Source: a virus (Duplodnaviria; Caudoviricetes). From it: a DNA stretch of 33,374 bases. The notes under the pieces are model-generated. The model was given only the letters and a program-made list of their open reading frames with translations, searched no databases and was not told the origin of the DNA. The stretch spans positions 1 through 33,374 of the IMG/VR virus record IMGVR_UViG_3300032277_000043. One strand, written 5' to 3'. The translations under genes and the position numbers were made by a program. Of this stretch, positions 7,067-15,294 are shown piece by piece. Positions within the stretch are counted from its first letter, which is position 1. Each line of letters begins with the position of its first letter.

Positions 7067-7204
7067 ATGGCTGAAAACGCATTTAAATACGCGGCAAGCG
7101 CCGCCAAAAAACTTGGTGAGCAGCTTCGAAAGCTACCGTTGAAGGAGTTGATTGAAGACGAATTTCGCGAAGACTTGCGCGCGATTAGACACAAGACATC
7201 TTAG
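7067..7204 (+). CDS. 45-aa microprotein (not in ORF track)
   Basis: GAGGAC RBS; MAENAFKYAASAAKKLGEQLRKLPLKELIEDEFREDLRAIRHKTS. Confidence 0.65.
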   Translation: MAENAFKYAASAAKKLGEQLRKLPLKELIEDEFREDLRAIRHKTS

Positions 7205-7217
7205 GACCGTATTATAT

Positions 7218-7616
7218 ATGGACAAGGACGAGCTAATAGACGCGCTAGAAAACACCGACACCGCGAACATCGCGCTTGATGCTAAAATAGCAAAGCAGAT
7301 GGGTTTAATCCCAAGCGGCAGCGATTGGCAAAAAACTGGTGAATATACTTGGCATAAAAATTTGTCTTGGCGTTATGGAACGGCCACCTTTGATGATAGT
7401 TACCAACCAAAACCATTCACAAAATCAATAGACGCCGCCATAACGCTAATCCCTAAAGGCTCTTTATGGAGCGTGTGTGATATGGAGGATGGGCCATTTG
7501 CACAAATAATAAGGCCAATGGGCGATCAGGGCTTTTGTGGCGGATTAACTCACGCGGGCCACAAAGGCTCTGCCTCTATTGCAATTTGCATCGCCGCTCT
7601 AAAGGCCACAACGTAA
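7218..7616 (+). CDS. hypothetical phage protein, paralogue of 9946..10341
   Basis: Start moved to the ATG after AGGAC; FTKSIDAAITLIP...IAICIAALKA. Confidence 0.8.
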   Translation: MDKDELIDALENTDTANIALDAKIAKQMGLIPSGSDWQKTGEYTWHKNLSWRYGTATFDDSYQPKPFTKSIDAAITLIPKGSLWSVCDMEDGPFAQIIRPMGDQGFCGGLTHAGHKGSASIAICIAALKATT

Positions 7617-7625
7617 GAGGACCGC

Positions 7626-7778
7626 TTATTGCATCCTCTTTCCTTGGATTGCCGCACAGCACTGACAAGTGCGTTGCGTATAGTTTGCCGCGTGTGTTGG
7701 AGTGACATAAACGCCCATCCAATCACCCCAAGCATGAAGCCTTATGTAGCATAACCATGATTGAACGAGCTTACCCAT
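7626..7778 (-). CDS. 50-aa putative Zn-binding microprotein, DUF1660-like
   Basis: MGKLVQSWLCYIRLHAWGDW...RTCQCCAAIQGKRMQ; AAGGA RBS. Confidence 0.65.
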   Translation of the reverse strand: MGKLVQSWLCYIRLHAWGDWMGVYVTPTHAANYTQRTCQCCAAIQGKRMQ

Positions 7779-8055
7779 TGGTCAATTCCTTAAAATTTAA
7801 CGCTTCTGACACCCGACCGATGCTAACATTGAATTTTGCACCTATCTGCCGATAGCCGAGTGTGGGGAATTTGTTTGCGTAAGCGCGTATCTCTTTCGCT
7901 AACTCACAAGTCATTGCTTGGCTCTGCGCTGCCGCCTTCCTTACCGGGGGTTTGCGGTGCAGCAAGCCGATAATGTCATCAATTTCGTGCGCAAATTCAG
8001 GGTTTTTGTTGGCTAATTCTTCAAGCCGCTCTCGTGCAAGTGGTATGTTGCTCAT
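7771..8055 (-). CDS. HTH-containing hypothetical protein
   Basis: C-terminal YRQIGAKFNVSIGRVSEAL helix-turn-helix; ATG start at 8055. Confidence 0.7.
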   Translation of the reverse strand: MSNIPLARERLEELANKNPEFAHEIDDIIGLLHRKPPVRKAAAQSQAMTCELAKEIRAYANKFPTLGYRQIGAKFNVSIGRVSEALNFKELTNG

Positions 8056-8065
8056 GGCGCAGCGC

Positions 8066-8347
8066 TCAGTAGTTGGGGACGAAAATATTTTCGCCCTCTG
8101 GTAAGTCGAAATCATCGCCGGGTCCGTTGCCGTGTTTCTTGCGGTCGTATGGGACGGGCTTTATTATCCCGAACGCCTCTGCGGTGTCTTGAAAATCCGC
8201 ACCGCTAATGTCGTGAGCGTCAGGGAAGAAGTTTCTAAGTAGCTGCTTGGCAAAGCCCTCGTAGTCTGGTGGTATCTGCATTACACTATCCTCGGTTGTG
8301 TATAAAATGGCGTCCTTGTATTTGAATTTCATGCTACCCCAGCCCAC
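8066..8347 (-). CDS. hypothetical protein
   Basis: ORF track; true start may be 8332. Confidence 0.65.
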   Translation of the reverse strand: MGWGSMKFKYKDAILYTTEDSVMQIPPDYEGFAKQLLRNFFPDAHDISGADFQDTAEAFGIIKPVPYDRKKHGNGPGDDFDLPEGENIFVPNY

Positions 8348-8390
8348 CCGGTTGTTGGATTGATAAACTGGGGCAACATAGCGTTAAGCC

Positions 8391-9083
8391 TTAAAGCTCA
8401 ACGCCAAGAGACACGACGGCGCGAGCGTCAGCAAATACCGCAGCAAAACCACCCAGGCCCAGGCCTTTTGTGTCTGAGTATTCACCCTGCAAATAGATCG
8501 GACCTTTTGAGACGCGCAAACCCGCGCCAAAGTCCTGATAATTTGCAGCGCCGGTATTGTGAGCGGCCTTCGCAAATGGTGTGATTGTTGTCTCTAGTGG
8601 ACCGTCAAAGTCACGGGATACAACACCCTCAACGCGCCAGTTGTCACCAGTGCTAAAAATGTAGTCAGGCGAGAAACGCCCAGTTACGGCAACATCAACA
8701 AGGCCGGTTTCCACTTCCGCTCCAAGATGCATTTCCAGAAAGTCAGTACCAGGAATGAATGAGCCAAAGAATTTCGAGTATGAAACACCGCCATCAACGG
8801 TCACGCCGTCGATCAATTCAGTGCGTACCCCAAGCGTCGAAGTCATATCGAATGACGTGAACGACGCAAGCTGCGACCGTGTTTGACCGCTAAGGTTAAC
8901 ATAAAAGATACCTTCGCTGGCGTGGATGTTTGCGTTGAACCCAGGCTCGCCGCCTGAGACTGAATAACCTCGCCATACGTTCTCGCTTGTGGCGGACGCA
9001 CCGCCGGATAGGTCAAGCGCATAGGCCGGTCCTGACACAAGCGCCAATGCGGCACCAAGGCAAGCTAATACTGTGAGTTTCAT
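8391..9083 (-). CDS. TorF/Gcw_chp-like putative outer-membrane beta-barrel porin
   Basis: Sec signal peptide (AYA/L), LSGGASATSENVWRGYSVS resembling the family N-terminal SDYxFRGxSQ motif, alternating amphipathic strands, terminal strand VVSLGVEL. Confidence 0.75.
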   Translation of the reverse strand: MKLTVLACLGAALALVSGPAYALDLSGGASATSENVWRGYSVSGGEPGFNANIHASEGIFYVNLSGQTRSQLASFTSFDMTSTLGVRTELIDGVTVDGGVSYSKFFGSFIPGTDFLEMHLGAEVETGLVDVAVTGRFSPDYIFSTGDNWRVEGVVSRDFDGPLETTITPFAKAAHNTGAANYQDFGAGLRVSKGPIYLQGEYSDTKGLGLGGFAAVFADARAVVSLGVEL

Positions 9084-9170
9084 TTTGTAGTCCCTTCATT
9101 TGTAGGCTTTATTTGATAATCGGGTATTATAGACCGCCCCCGACGCAACGGGTAGTGTAATTATGTAACG

Positions 9171-9521
9171 CTAATCGTTGGCCGTAACGTTAACGCCAAT
9201 AAGCGCCGAGAAATAATCCTCAATCATTTTTTTAATCTCTTGGTCATCGGTTTGACTTGAGATTTGCGTAAGAGCGGCGTTTGCGGCCTCTAGCGCTTTT
9301 GCCATTAGGTCTATGCGCGGCATTATTTGCTCCATTGTAGAGGACGCGCCATCCGCAATAGCCTGAAGGTCAGAAATAGTCATTTGACATTGCGCGCGCT
9401 CCTCTAGTAGGTCGAAAATATCCGTATGGATCTGCTTTTCGTCTTTACTCTGAGGGTTTCTTGCAACCAATAGCTTGCGCAAATCCGCTGCCCGTTCGTT
9501 AGTCATTGTTGATCGGCTCAT
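9171..9521 (-). CDS. coiled-coil hypothetical protein
   Basis: ORF track; AAGGA RBS. Confidence 0.7.
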   Translation of the reverse strand: MSRSTMTNERAADLRKLLVARNPQSKDEKQIHTDIFDLLEERAQCQMTISDLQAIADGASSTMEQIMPRIDLMAKALEAANAALTQISSQTDDQEIKKMIEDYFSALIGVNVTAND

Positions 9522-9741
9522 TGTTTTTCCTTTTATCAGTCGGTTCTTTCGGAACGATTGTAAAACCAGCTTCGTCTATTGCTTTGAGGGCGGCGCAAAT
9601 TTGCCTTTTATATGTACTGCGCTCTCTATCCAGCAGCTTATCGAATGCGCTCAGCTTCATAGCTGCATTTGTTTTTAGTTCGCTCCGGAAGCAGTCCCAA
9701 GAAGCGGTCGCCATCCTCTCTATCAATTCAGCTTTGGTCAT
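9499..9741 (-). CDS. hypothetical protein
   Basis: Start MTKAELIERMA after AAGGA; coupled to the upstream stop. Confidence 0.7.
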   Translation of the reverse strand: MTKAELIERMATASWDCFRSELKTNAAMKLSAFDKLLDRERSTYKRQICAALKAIDEAGFTIVPKEPTDKRKNNEPINND

Positions 9742-9968
9742 TGGCTGGTGTCCTTTCTTGCTCGCGCTTCCTGTGCTTTCGCAATCAAGGCTTCCGTCCA
9801 CATTTCACCGATGGACTGCAACTCGTCATCACTTAAATCGCTAATATGGAATTTATGATTGCGGCTTGTTGCCAGAATGTAGTTTGGCAGCAATGGGCAA
9901 TCCACTTGAACCTCTTGCGTTACAACTTTAGTGACACGCAGCATTTTACTTATCCTCCCTTGCTTCAT
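9738..9968 (-). CDS. hypothetical protein
   Basis: ORF track; start probably near 9944. Confidence 0.65.
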   Translation of the reverse strand: MKQGRISKMLRVTKVVTQEVQVDCPLLPNYILATSRNHKFHISDLSDDELQSIGEMWTEALIAKAQEARARKDTSQ

Positions 9969-10341
9969 GAGCCTTTAGGGCTGCAATGCAGAGGGCTATT
10001 GCTGTGCTCTTGTGAGAGCTATAAAAATTATCAACATCTTTAGTCCAAGACTCACTTTCGTAGACAACCTCTGCGTGGCACCACAGAGAGACAGTATTAA
10101 TGTGCGCCCGATAATACTCTGAACCCTCAGGAATAGACGTTATCGCTGCGTCGATTGACTCTGTGTAACGAGGTAAGGGTTTGCAATAATCCTCTGCATT
10201 AGGATCGGTCACATGACCTGCGGTTTTCGGGCCAAACCATTTTGCATCGGGATCAATTTTTAGCCGGTATATCTCTAGGTCTATTTCCCTATCAGGCCCG
10301 TCTGCATTCTCCAGCTTTGTGATGAGGTCAGATAGGGTCAT
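9946..10341 (-). CDS. hypothetical phage protein, paralogue of 7218..7616
   Basis: LENADGPDREID...YTESIDAAITSIP...AIALCIAALKA. Confidence 0.8.
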   Translation of the reverse strand: MTLSDLITKLENADGPDREIDLEIYRLKIDPDAKWFGPKTAGHVTDPNAEDYCKPLPRYTESIDAAITSIPEGSEYYRAHINTVSLWCHAEVVYESESWTKDVDNFYSSHKSTAIALCIAALKAHEAREDK

Positions 10342-10556
10342 TGTTCATCCCTCCAAATTACATGATCGATCTTGTGCATTGGTGCCTCAAACAAAATGTC
10401 CTCGCCATTTTTCACTGTAATCTCGATCCAGCTAGGGCTTTCGCTGTCGCCCCACTCGTATGCAGAAATTTCGGTGCAGTTTTGTCCCACTCGAAACCAG
10501 TGAAGGTTTCCATCTGTGGCGCTGTAAGCAACCTCGTAACGTTTAGTAGCCATCAT
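10338..10556 (-). CDS. hypothetical protein
   Basis: ATGA overlaps with both neighbours. Confidence 0.7.
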   Translation of the reverse strand: MMATKRYEVAYSATDGNLHWFRVGQNCTEISAYEWGDSESPSWIEITVKNGEDILFEAPMHKIDHVIWRDEQ

Positions 10557-10909
10557 TCACCCTCCGGCTTTGGTAGTGCGGACAGGGGGATGAAGTGGGT
10601 TGGTGACTTTGCTCCGCGCGGGTGCGGTTCCATTGATGGAACGCGCCAACCCGTCCACGGAATATCTGACTTGGAATTGTCGAGCCACCTAGCCCAGCGC
10701 CATTCATGCTGCCAGTGCGCCAAAACCCAAGAGCCGTCTTTATCGTGTTCCGCAATCGGCCTTGCCTCCATTGCTTCGTATGCTGCGATTAGGGCGGTGA
10801 GGTCATCTATTCGTACTGGCGTGAAAATTGGCTCTAACTCAAGGCCCGTTCCCGCTAAGGGGTCTTTTGCCTTTCTTAACCGTTCAAGCTGTTCTTTGGT
10901 TACGGTCAT
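10553..10909 (-). CDS. DUF551-like hypothetical protein
   Basis: RPIAEHDKDGSWVL...PTHFIPL..LP pattern. Confidence 0.65.
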   Translation of the reverse strand: MTVTKEQLERLRKAKDPLAGTGLELEPIFTPVRIDDLTALIAAYEAMEARPIAEHDKDGSWVLAHWQHEWRWARWLDNSKSDIPWTGWRVPSMEPHPRGAKSPTHFIPLSALPKPEGE

Positions 10910-11271
10910 GGCTGCACCACGATATGCATACTGAGCTTGCCGCCGCGCATCGCTTCAACGTCATCCGGCCACGGCGGGCGATTGCCGCCGCTTTGTACAA
11001 CGATACCCCCATAAGCCTCCCAACCGCCAACGTCGTGAACCTCCGGCCACTCATCTTGATTTTCTATGTGTTTTTCAACTTCAAAACCTTCGGGGAATTT
11101 TTCATCAAGCCCGCGTTCGCAATCCCTTTTGGACCAGCCTGGGGAGCTGCTTTCGCCACTTGAGACGGGCTTTCCTTCCTCATCCCGAACAACCCATAGA
11201 AAATCATAGGCGTATTCCACTGGCCCGTTATATAAAATTTGCTCAATTCTGCATGTTAGTTTTTTGGTCAT
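10906..11271 (-). CDS. hypothetical protein
   Basis: ORF track; ATGA coupling. Confidence 0.7.
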   Translation of the reverse strand: MTKKLTCRIEQILYNGPVEYAYDFLWVVRDEEGKPVSSGESSSPGWSKRDCERGLDEKFPEGFEVEKHIENQDEWPEVHDVGGWEAYGGIVVQSGGNRPPWPDDVEAMRGGKLSMHIVVQP

Positions 11272-11663
11272 TTTTTCCTTGCTTTCTTTATTAACGCTTT
11301 CATTCGTTCGTATGCGGTTTTTCGTTGCTCCTTCGATGGCCCCTTAATGGATGAGCCTCCGCGCTTCATGCGTCGCGCATACTGGCCTTTGCGGCCTGAT
11401 TGGCGCTCGGCTTTTGCAGCATCTTTTGTGTCTTTCGCGTGTGTTACCTTGGCGCAACCGCAATCAACGCCCTCGACGCGACCGTTATCAATCTTAGTCA
11501 ACCCGCCAAGAGAGTGAGCCTTGATGTGTCCGGCAATCCATTTTCCGGTTATTGACTTGCCGCAAAGCTCGCAATCGCCATTGGCCCGCTTGAATATCTG
11601 CGCCTTTTGGCGAGCGGTAAAAATGCGGCGCTTGTCTAACCTTAGGCGCTCACTCATAGCCAC
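11268..11663 (-). CDS. HNH-like endonuclease (divergent)
   Basis: CELCG...GHIKAHSLGG...DN...CGC pattern. Confidence 0.65.
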   Translation of the reverse strand: MAMSERLRLDKRRIFTARQKAQIFKRANGDCELCGKSITGKWIAGHIKAHSLGGLTKIDNGRVEGVDCGCAKVTHAKDTKDAAKAERQSGRKGQYARRMKRGGSSIKGPSKEQRKTAYERMKALIKKARKK

Positions 11664-12099
11664 GCCCCAGGTCGTCGGGGTTTATCAGTTTAACGCCAAG
11701 CTCCAGAAAATGTTGTTGCATATTATCGAGATACGCTTTCTTTTGCTTGGTCGTCATTAACCTAGTGACCGGCATATCAAGTGGCTCCATCATAAGCGCG
11801 ACCTTTTGCTCATAGGGTAGCGGTTTGACGTGCTTATCGTATTGAGCGCGGAAGCCTTCATTTTCAGCGCGAAGGATCGGAACGGCAAACATTAACTTAC
11901 AAAAGCCGCGCACCTCCTCAGTGGTTTGTCCTTCGTGTTGTTCTGTAATTTCCTTAACCCATAAGCGTTGCAATCGGTTTTGCTGTAGGCTGCGCTTGTG
12001 GCCCTTGGTGATGGTTGCGGAGAACGGCATATCGTGATCGGCGATAAACTTCTGCAAGTTTTTGCGGTCGTATTCGTTTTCAACAAAGCGATTTGCCAT
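11650..12099 (-). CDS. NinB/Orf-like recombination mediator
   Basis: KRSLQQNRLQRLWVKEI...TRLMTTKQKKAYLD motifs; adjacent to exonuclease and SSAP. Confidence 0.7.
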   Translation of the reverse strand: MANRFVENEYDRKNLQKFIADHDMPFSATITKGHKRSLQQNRLQRLWVKEITEQHEGQTTEEVRGFCKLMFAVPILRAENEGFRAQYDKHVKPLPYEQKVALMMEPLDMPVTRLMTTKQKKAYLDNMQQHFLELGVKLINPDDLGRGYE

Positions 12100-12740
12100 T
12101 ACTTTATACCTTTGGCTTGTATGGCTTTGAATTTTTCCATCATCTCCAAAACCTCGACCTCCGCCTTTTCAATCTCTTGCTCCATTAGGCCAATCATTTT
12201 TTCATCGCGCTCCAGGCGGACGATAGCCAGCTCAAGGCCTTCGGGGAATGAGGGGCAATAGCTGACAACATCAACCCATTTGCGGCCCGTACACATCATT
12301 TGGAATTGAGCCTGCTTATTATGCTCAACCCCATGACTACCACGCAACAAAGCATCGCCATGGCGCGCGGACGCTGACGGGCACTTAAACTCGGCAAGCC
12401 CATCATCACCTACAAGGCGGTCGGGGGATGCGCCGCAATTCTTGATTTTCGGGTGCGGGACAAATGCAACCTTTTCAAGCACAACGCCGCGCAAGAATGT
12501 ATAGGCGTCCGCCGCCTCATCCTCGACTTCGTTGCCACGCTCCATTTCCCAACTCTTGAACCCTTCCGAATATTTGCCGGTCATTCGTTCAACGGCGAGT
12601 GAGGCGATAAGGTTGGCGCGCGTCTTGGATGGAGCACCACCCTGACCTTTTGCCATTAAATCCTTAGCGCGTGATGCGGAGAATTTGCCCGCCTTTAGCT
12701 CAAGCCATTCGTCGCTATTTTGTTCAATGTTATCCAGCAT
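12099..12740 (-). CDS. YqaJ/lambda-exonuclease family protein
   Basis: EQNSDEW, SAS, MERGNEVE, GASPDRLV, EFKCP, QAQFQM motifs. Confidence 0.9.
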   Translation of the reverse strand: MLDNIEQNSDEWLELKAGKFSASRAKDLMAKGQGGAPSKTRANLIASLAVERMTGKYSEGFKSWEMERGNEVEDEAADAYTFLRGVVLEKVAFVPHPKIKNCGASPDRLVGDDGLAEFKCPSASARHGDALLRGSHGVEHNKQAQFQMMCTGRKWVDVVSYCPSFPEGLELAIVRLERDEKMIGLMEQEIEKAEVEVLEMMEKFKAIQAKGIK

Positions 12741-13452
12741 CGGACACCTTTTTCATTTTTGCGGCATAGGCCGCCTTAACGACCGCAAAACCTTTGCCGG
12801 ACAGTTTTATCTTTTTCGCCTCGGCGCTGATTTTCGCGTTTAAGCCGTCCATTTCCTCCCGCTTTGCTTTGTCAATCATTTCCACGATCGGCGCGGCTTC
12901 TTCCTCGGGGTCTACACCGCCGCCAGCCGCGCGCCCGTCGTCGTCGGTCGTGACCGATAGGCCAAGGGCCGCCTTTAGCGTGTAGCGCTGCAGGTAAGTC
13001 GTAGTTGAGCCAACGGCCTGGATTGCGTTCTTGTTTCCAGAACCATCGGGCGGCGCGCTCATGGTCGTTTCTTCGCGGTGCCCGTCGCGATGCGTCACCT
13101 TGCAAGTGACCTTTACGCGGCCACCTTCGCCGTCTGCGACTGACCAGCGATAAGAAAGGCCCAAATCAGTTAAAAGTGGATCAACCGCAGAGGAAATATC
13201 GACTATATCCTCATATTTATTGTTGTGCCCTTGGCGGGTTTTGATGATCGGGCGGAGCTGCCCGCGCAATTCGGCCATAGCCTCATCGAAGGCCTTGCGC
13301 GCCTCGTTTTCACTGTGACGCTCTTGAAGGGTTAGGAGCTGCCCCAAGGTCTCAGGGCTTGCGCCGCTCGCTATCGCGCTGGAGATAACCGCCATTGGCG
13401 AAAGCTCGGCGCTCTCCGGTGTGATTACGGTTACGTCTTTTTTAGCTGTCAT
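12730..13452 (-). CDS. erf: ERF-family single-strand annealing protein
   Basis: KNAIQAVGSTTTYLQRYTLKAALGL...DDDG signature. Confidence 0.9.
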   Translation of the reverse strand: MTAKKDVTVITPESAELSPMAVISSAIASGASPETLGQLLTLQERHSENEARKAFDEAMAELRGQLRPIIKTRQGHNNKYEDIVDISSAVDPLLTDLGLSYRWSVADGEGGRVKVTCKVTHRDGHREETTMSAPPDGSGNKNAIQAVGSTTTYLQRYTLKAALGLSVTTDDDGRAAGGGVDPEEEAAPIVEMIDKAKREEMDGLNAKISAEAKKIKLSGKGFAVVKAAYAAKMKKVSDAG

Positions 13453-13464
13453 TGTTTTTCCTTA

Positions 13465-13821
13465 TTAAAATCGAGTATCGCCGGTTTCATTGTCTGCGCG
13501 GGTCGCGGGGTCTGGAATGTGGAAAAAGTCGGCCAACAATTCCAAAACGTGTTCTTGAAATAGGGTTTCAACCTTGACGCCGGTGCGCTTGGTGGTGCGC
13601 TCGAATGTTCCGTCAACGTCAAAATTAAGGTCGCTCGCGGCTTTCATCACCTGCCTTACGGTGTCCTTTGCGGTGTCCTTCAATGCGTCTTGAAGCTCAT
13701 TATTGCGAGCCTCTTGCGCTTCGAAAGCCTTATCCCAGGCGGTGCGGGGTTTTGAAATATCAGGCACTTTCTTTTGCCTTATGCAATTCAGCGATTTTTT
13801 TGCAAATGGCCATCTCAGCAC
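13465..13821 (-). CDS. hypothetical protein
   Basis: ORF track; start uncertain. Confidence 0.6.
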   Translation of the reverse strand: MLRWPFAKKSLNCIRQKKVPDISKPRTAWDKAFEAQEARNNELQDALKDTAKDTVRQVMKAASDLNFDVDGTFERTTKRTGVKVETLFQEHVLELLADFFHIPDPATRADNETGDTRF

Positions 13822-14008
13822 TAGCTATATGATCCTTGGCGCTTTTTAGCCGTGTTAGCATTGTGTGATGACGCTCTAGCTCAAGGTGGCTGCCACCCTC
13901 AAACTGCATTTCAAACTCGGTCATACCGGCGGCTATGTCTTGAATTGCAAATCGCATTTGCTGGCTTGGGTAAGCGCTATCGCCAGCCTTATCGGTGTAC
14001 TTGATCAT
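13760..14008 (-). CDS. hypothetical protein, first gene of the leftward early operon
   Basis: AAGGA RBS; follows the leftward promoter. Confidence 0.7.
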   Translation of the reverse strand: MIKYTDKAGDSAYPSQQMRFAIQDIAAGMTEFEMQFEGGSHLELERHHTMLTRLKSAKDHIASAEMAICKKIAELHKAKESA

Positions 14009-14043
14009 TGTTTAAAATCCTTCTTAATTCCTTGTGAGATAAC

Positions 14044-14147
14044 CTTATTTCATGAGAAAATAGAGAAGTCAACGGTTTTTCGTGAAAAAAGAACATTTAG
14101 CCGTTTATGCTATTGACCTTCATGTACTATCGTGCTTACTGGTAAAC
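14044..14147. promoter_or_regulatory. divergent early promoters with imperfect palindromic operators
   Basis: TTGACT (minus, 14072-14067) and TTGACC (plus, 14113-14118); TATTTCATGAGAAAATA and TTTTTCGTGAAAAAA. Confidence 0.6.
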
Positions 14148-14327
14148 ATGAAAAATTTCAGCAATAGAGCCGAGTGCTTAAAGTACGAGCGAAAGAAGAA
14201 ATCTCTTTCCGTTCGTCGTCTTGCAATCTTGGCCGGTATCCCGCCATCCACCCTTCAAAGCATGGATCGCGAGGATTGGAACCCTACACTAAAAGTATTG
14301 ATAGCGCTTGAAGAAGTGCTTTTGTAA
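14148..14327 (+). CDS. Cro-like XRE HTH regulator
   Basis: SLSVRRLAILAGIPPSTL...WNPTLKVLIALE; ATG at 14148 lacks an RBS (possibly leaderless). Confidence 0.8.
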   Translation: MKNFSNRAECLKYERKKKSLSVRRLAILAGIPPSTLQSMDREDWNPTLKVLIALEEVLL

Positions 14328-14351
14328 TACCGCCTCCCCGACGGGCGGTTA

Positions 14352-14401
14352 AGGCCTGGCGCGAACCCCACTGTATCCCCCGCGCCGGGCCGCTTTTTTT
14401 T
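14352..14401 (+). terminator. tR1-like intrinsic terminator after cro
   Basis: GGCCTGGCGCG...CGCGCCGGGCC stem followed by a T-run. Confidence 0.6.
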
Positions 14402-14421
14402 AAACCACAAAGGATTAAACC

Positions 14422-15078
14422 ATGGATAGACAAGAGCAATTCAGAATTGACGTTGAGAGGTTCGTCTGCAAACACCTTAACAAGGTGACGCATAACCCTT
14501 GTGGAGTGGCGCTGAAGCCATTCGAGCTAACGCCGGAAAGCATAAGAACCGCAACCCACCGAATGCCATACACAACTGCCCGTCAGTTTTGCTTTTGGTT
14601 GATGAGAGCCCACCCAGCAGCCAAGCGAGGCGGTGTTTTTATGTCGTCAACAAAGTTGGGGAAAGAATACAAACGCGACCACACAACGGTTATTTATTCC
14701 GTTGCTGAGCGCATTCCAGGCTATGTGAGCCAAAAAATCGCGCACCCATACGCGCTGATATTGCAAGATGTTTGCGATGATTTGGCGAAAGAATGGGGCG
14801 AGGGCTTTTGCATTTGGTCAGTTTATGGCCTCAAGCGGCCACCTGACACAATGACGGAGGTAAAAGCCAGAATTAGGGAGCACGTTAAAATGCAGCGCGG
14901 AGAGGTCGCGGCGCTTCGAGCCACCCGAAATACAGCAAAATTAGACGCAAGAAACGCAAAAATCATCACCCTCCGCGTTAAAGAAAAGCTCCCAGTTTCA
15001 GATATTTGCGAGCGCTTTGGTATATCACCGACAACAGCAAGAAAAATCATCGGCGACGGAGTGAGCAAGGCCCCTTAA
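14422..15078 (+). CDS. protein with DnaA C-terminal (domain IV)-like HTH plus a second C-terminal HTH
   Basis: ARQFCFWLMR...SSTKLGKEYKRDHTTVIYSV (RDHTTV signature); VSDICERFGISPTTARKII. Confidence 0.8.
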   Translation: MDRQEQFRIDVERFVCKHLNKVTHNPCGVALKPFELTPESIRTATHRMPYTTARQFCFWLMRAHPAAKRGGVFMSSTKLGKEYKRDHTTVIYSVAERIPGYVSQKIAHPYALILQDVCDDLAKEWGEGFCIWSVYGLKRPPDTMTEVKARIREHVKMQRGEVAALRATRNTAKLDARNAKIITLRVKEKLPVSDICERFGISPTTARKIIGDGVSKAP

Positions 15079-15294
15079 ATGGCTCGCCGTAAAGAGATAA
15101 CCAATCGAGGGGCTGATATACCTAGCCCATGCTGCGCCTGCACAAAGTTTGGCGGCGGCGCAGCATGGACAATCAAGTATATTCCGTGGCGAGGACGTTG
15201 GATTGAGCGGATTATGCACACTGGACAATGTGAGCGTGATTTCGATGCCAAGATAAACCCCATTTTAGACAAGGAAAACAAAGCCAATGGCTGA
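15079..15294 (+). CDS. hypothetical Cys/His-containing protein
   Basis: CCAC...HTGQC; contiguous in the operon. Confidence 0.6.
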   Translation: MARRKEITNRGADIPSPCCACTKFGGGAAWTIKYIPWRGRWIERIMHTGQCERDFDAKINPILDKENKANG

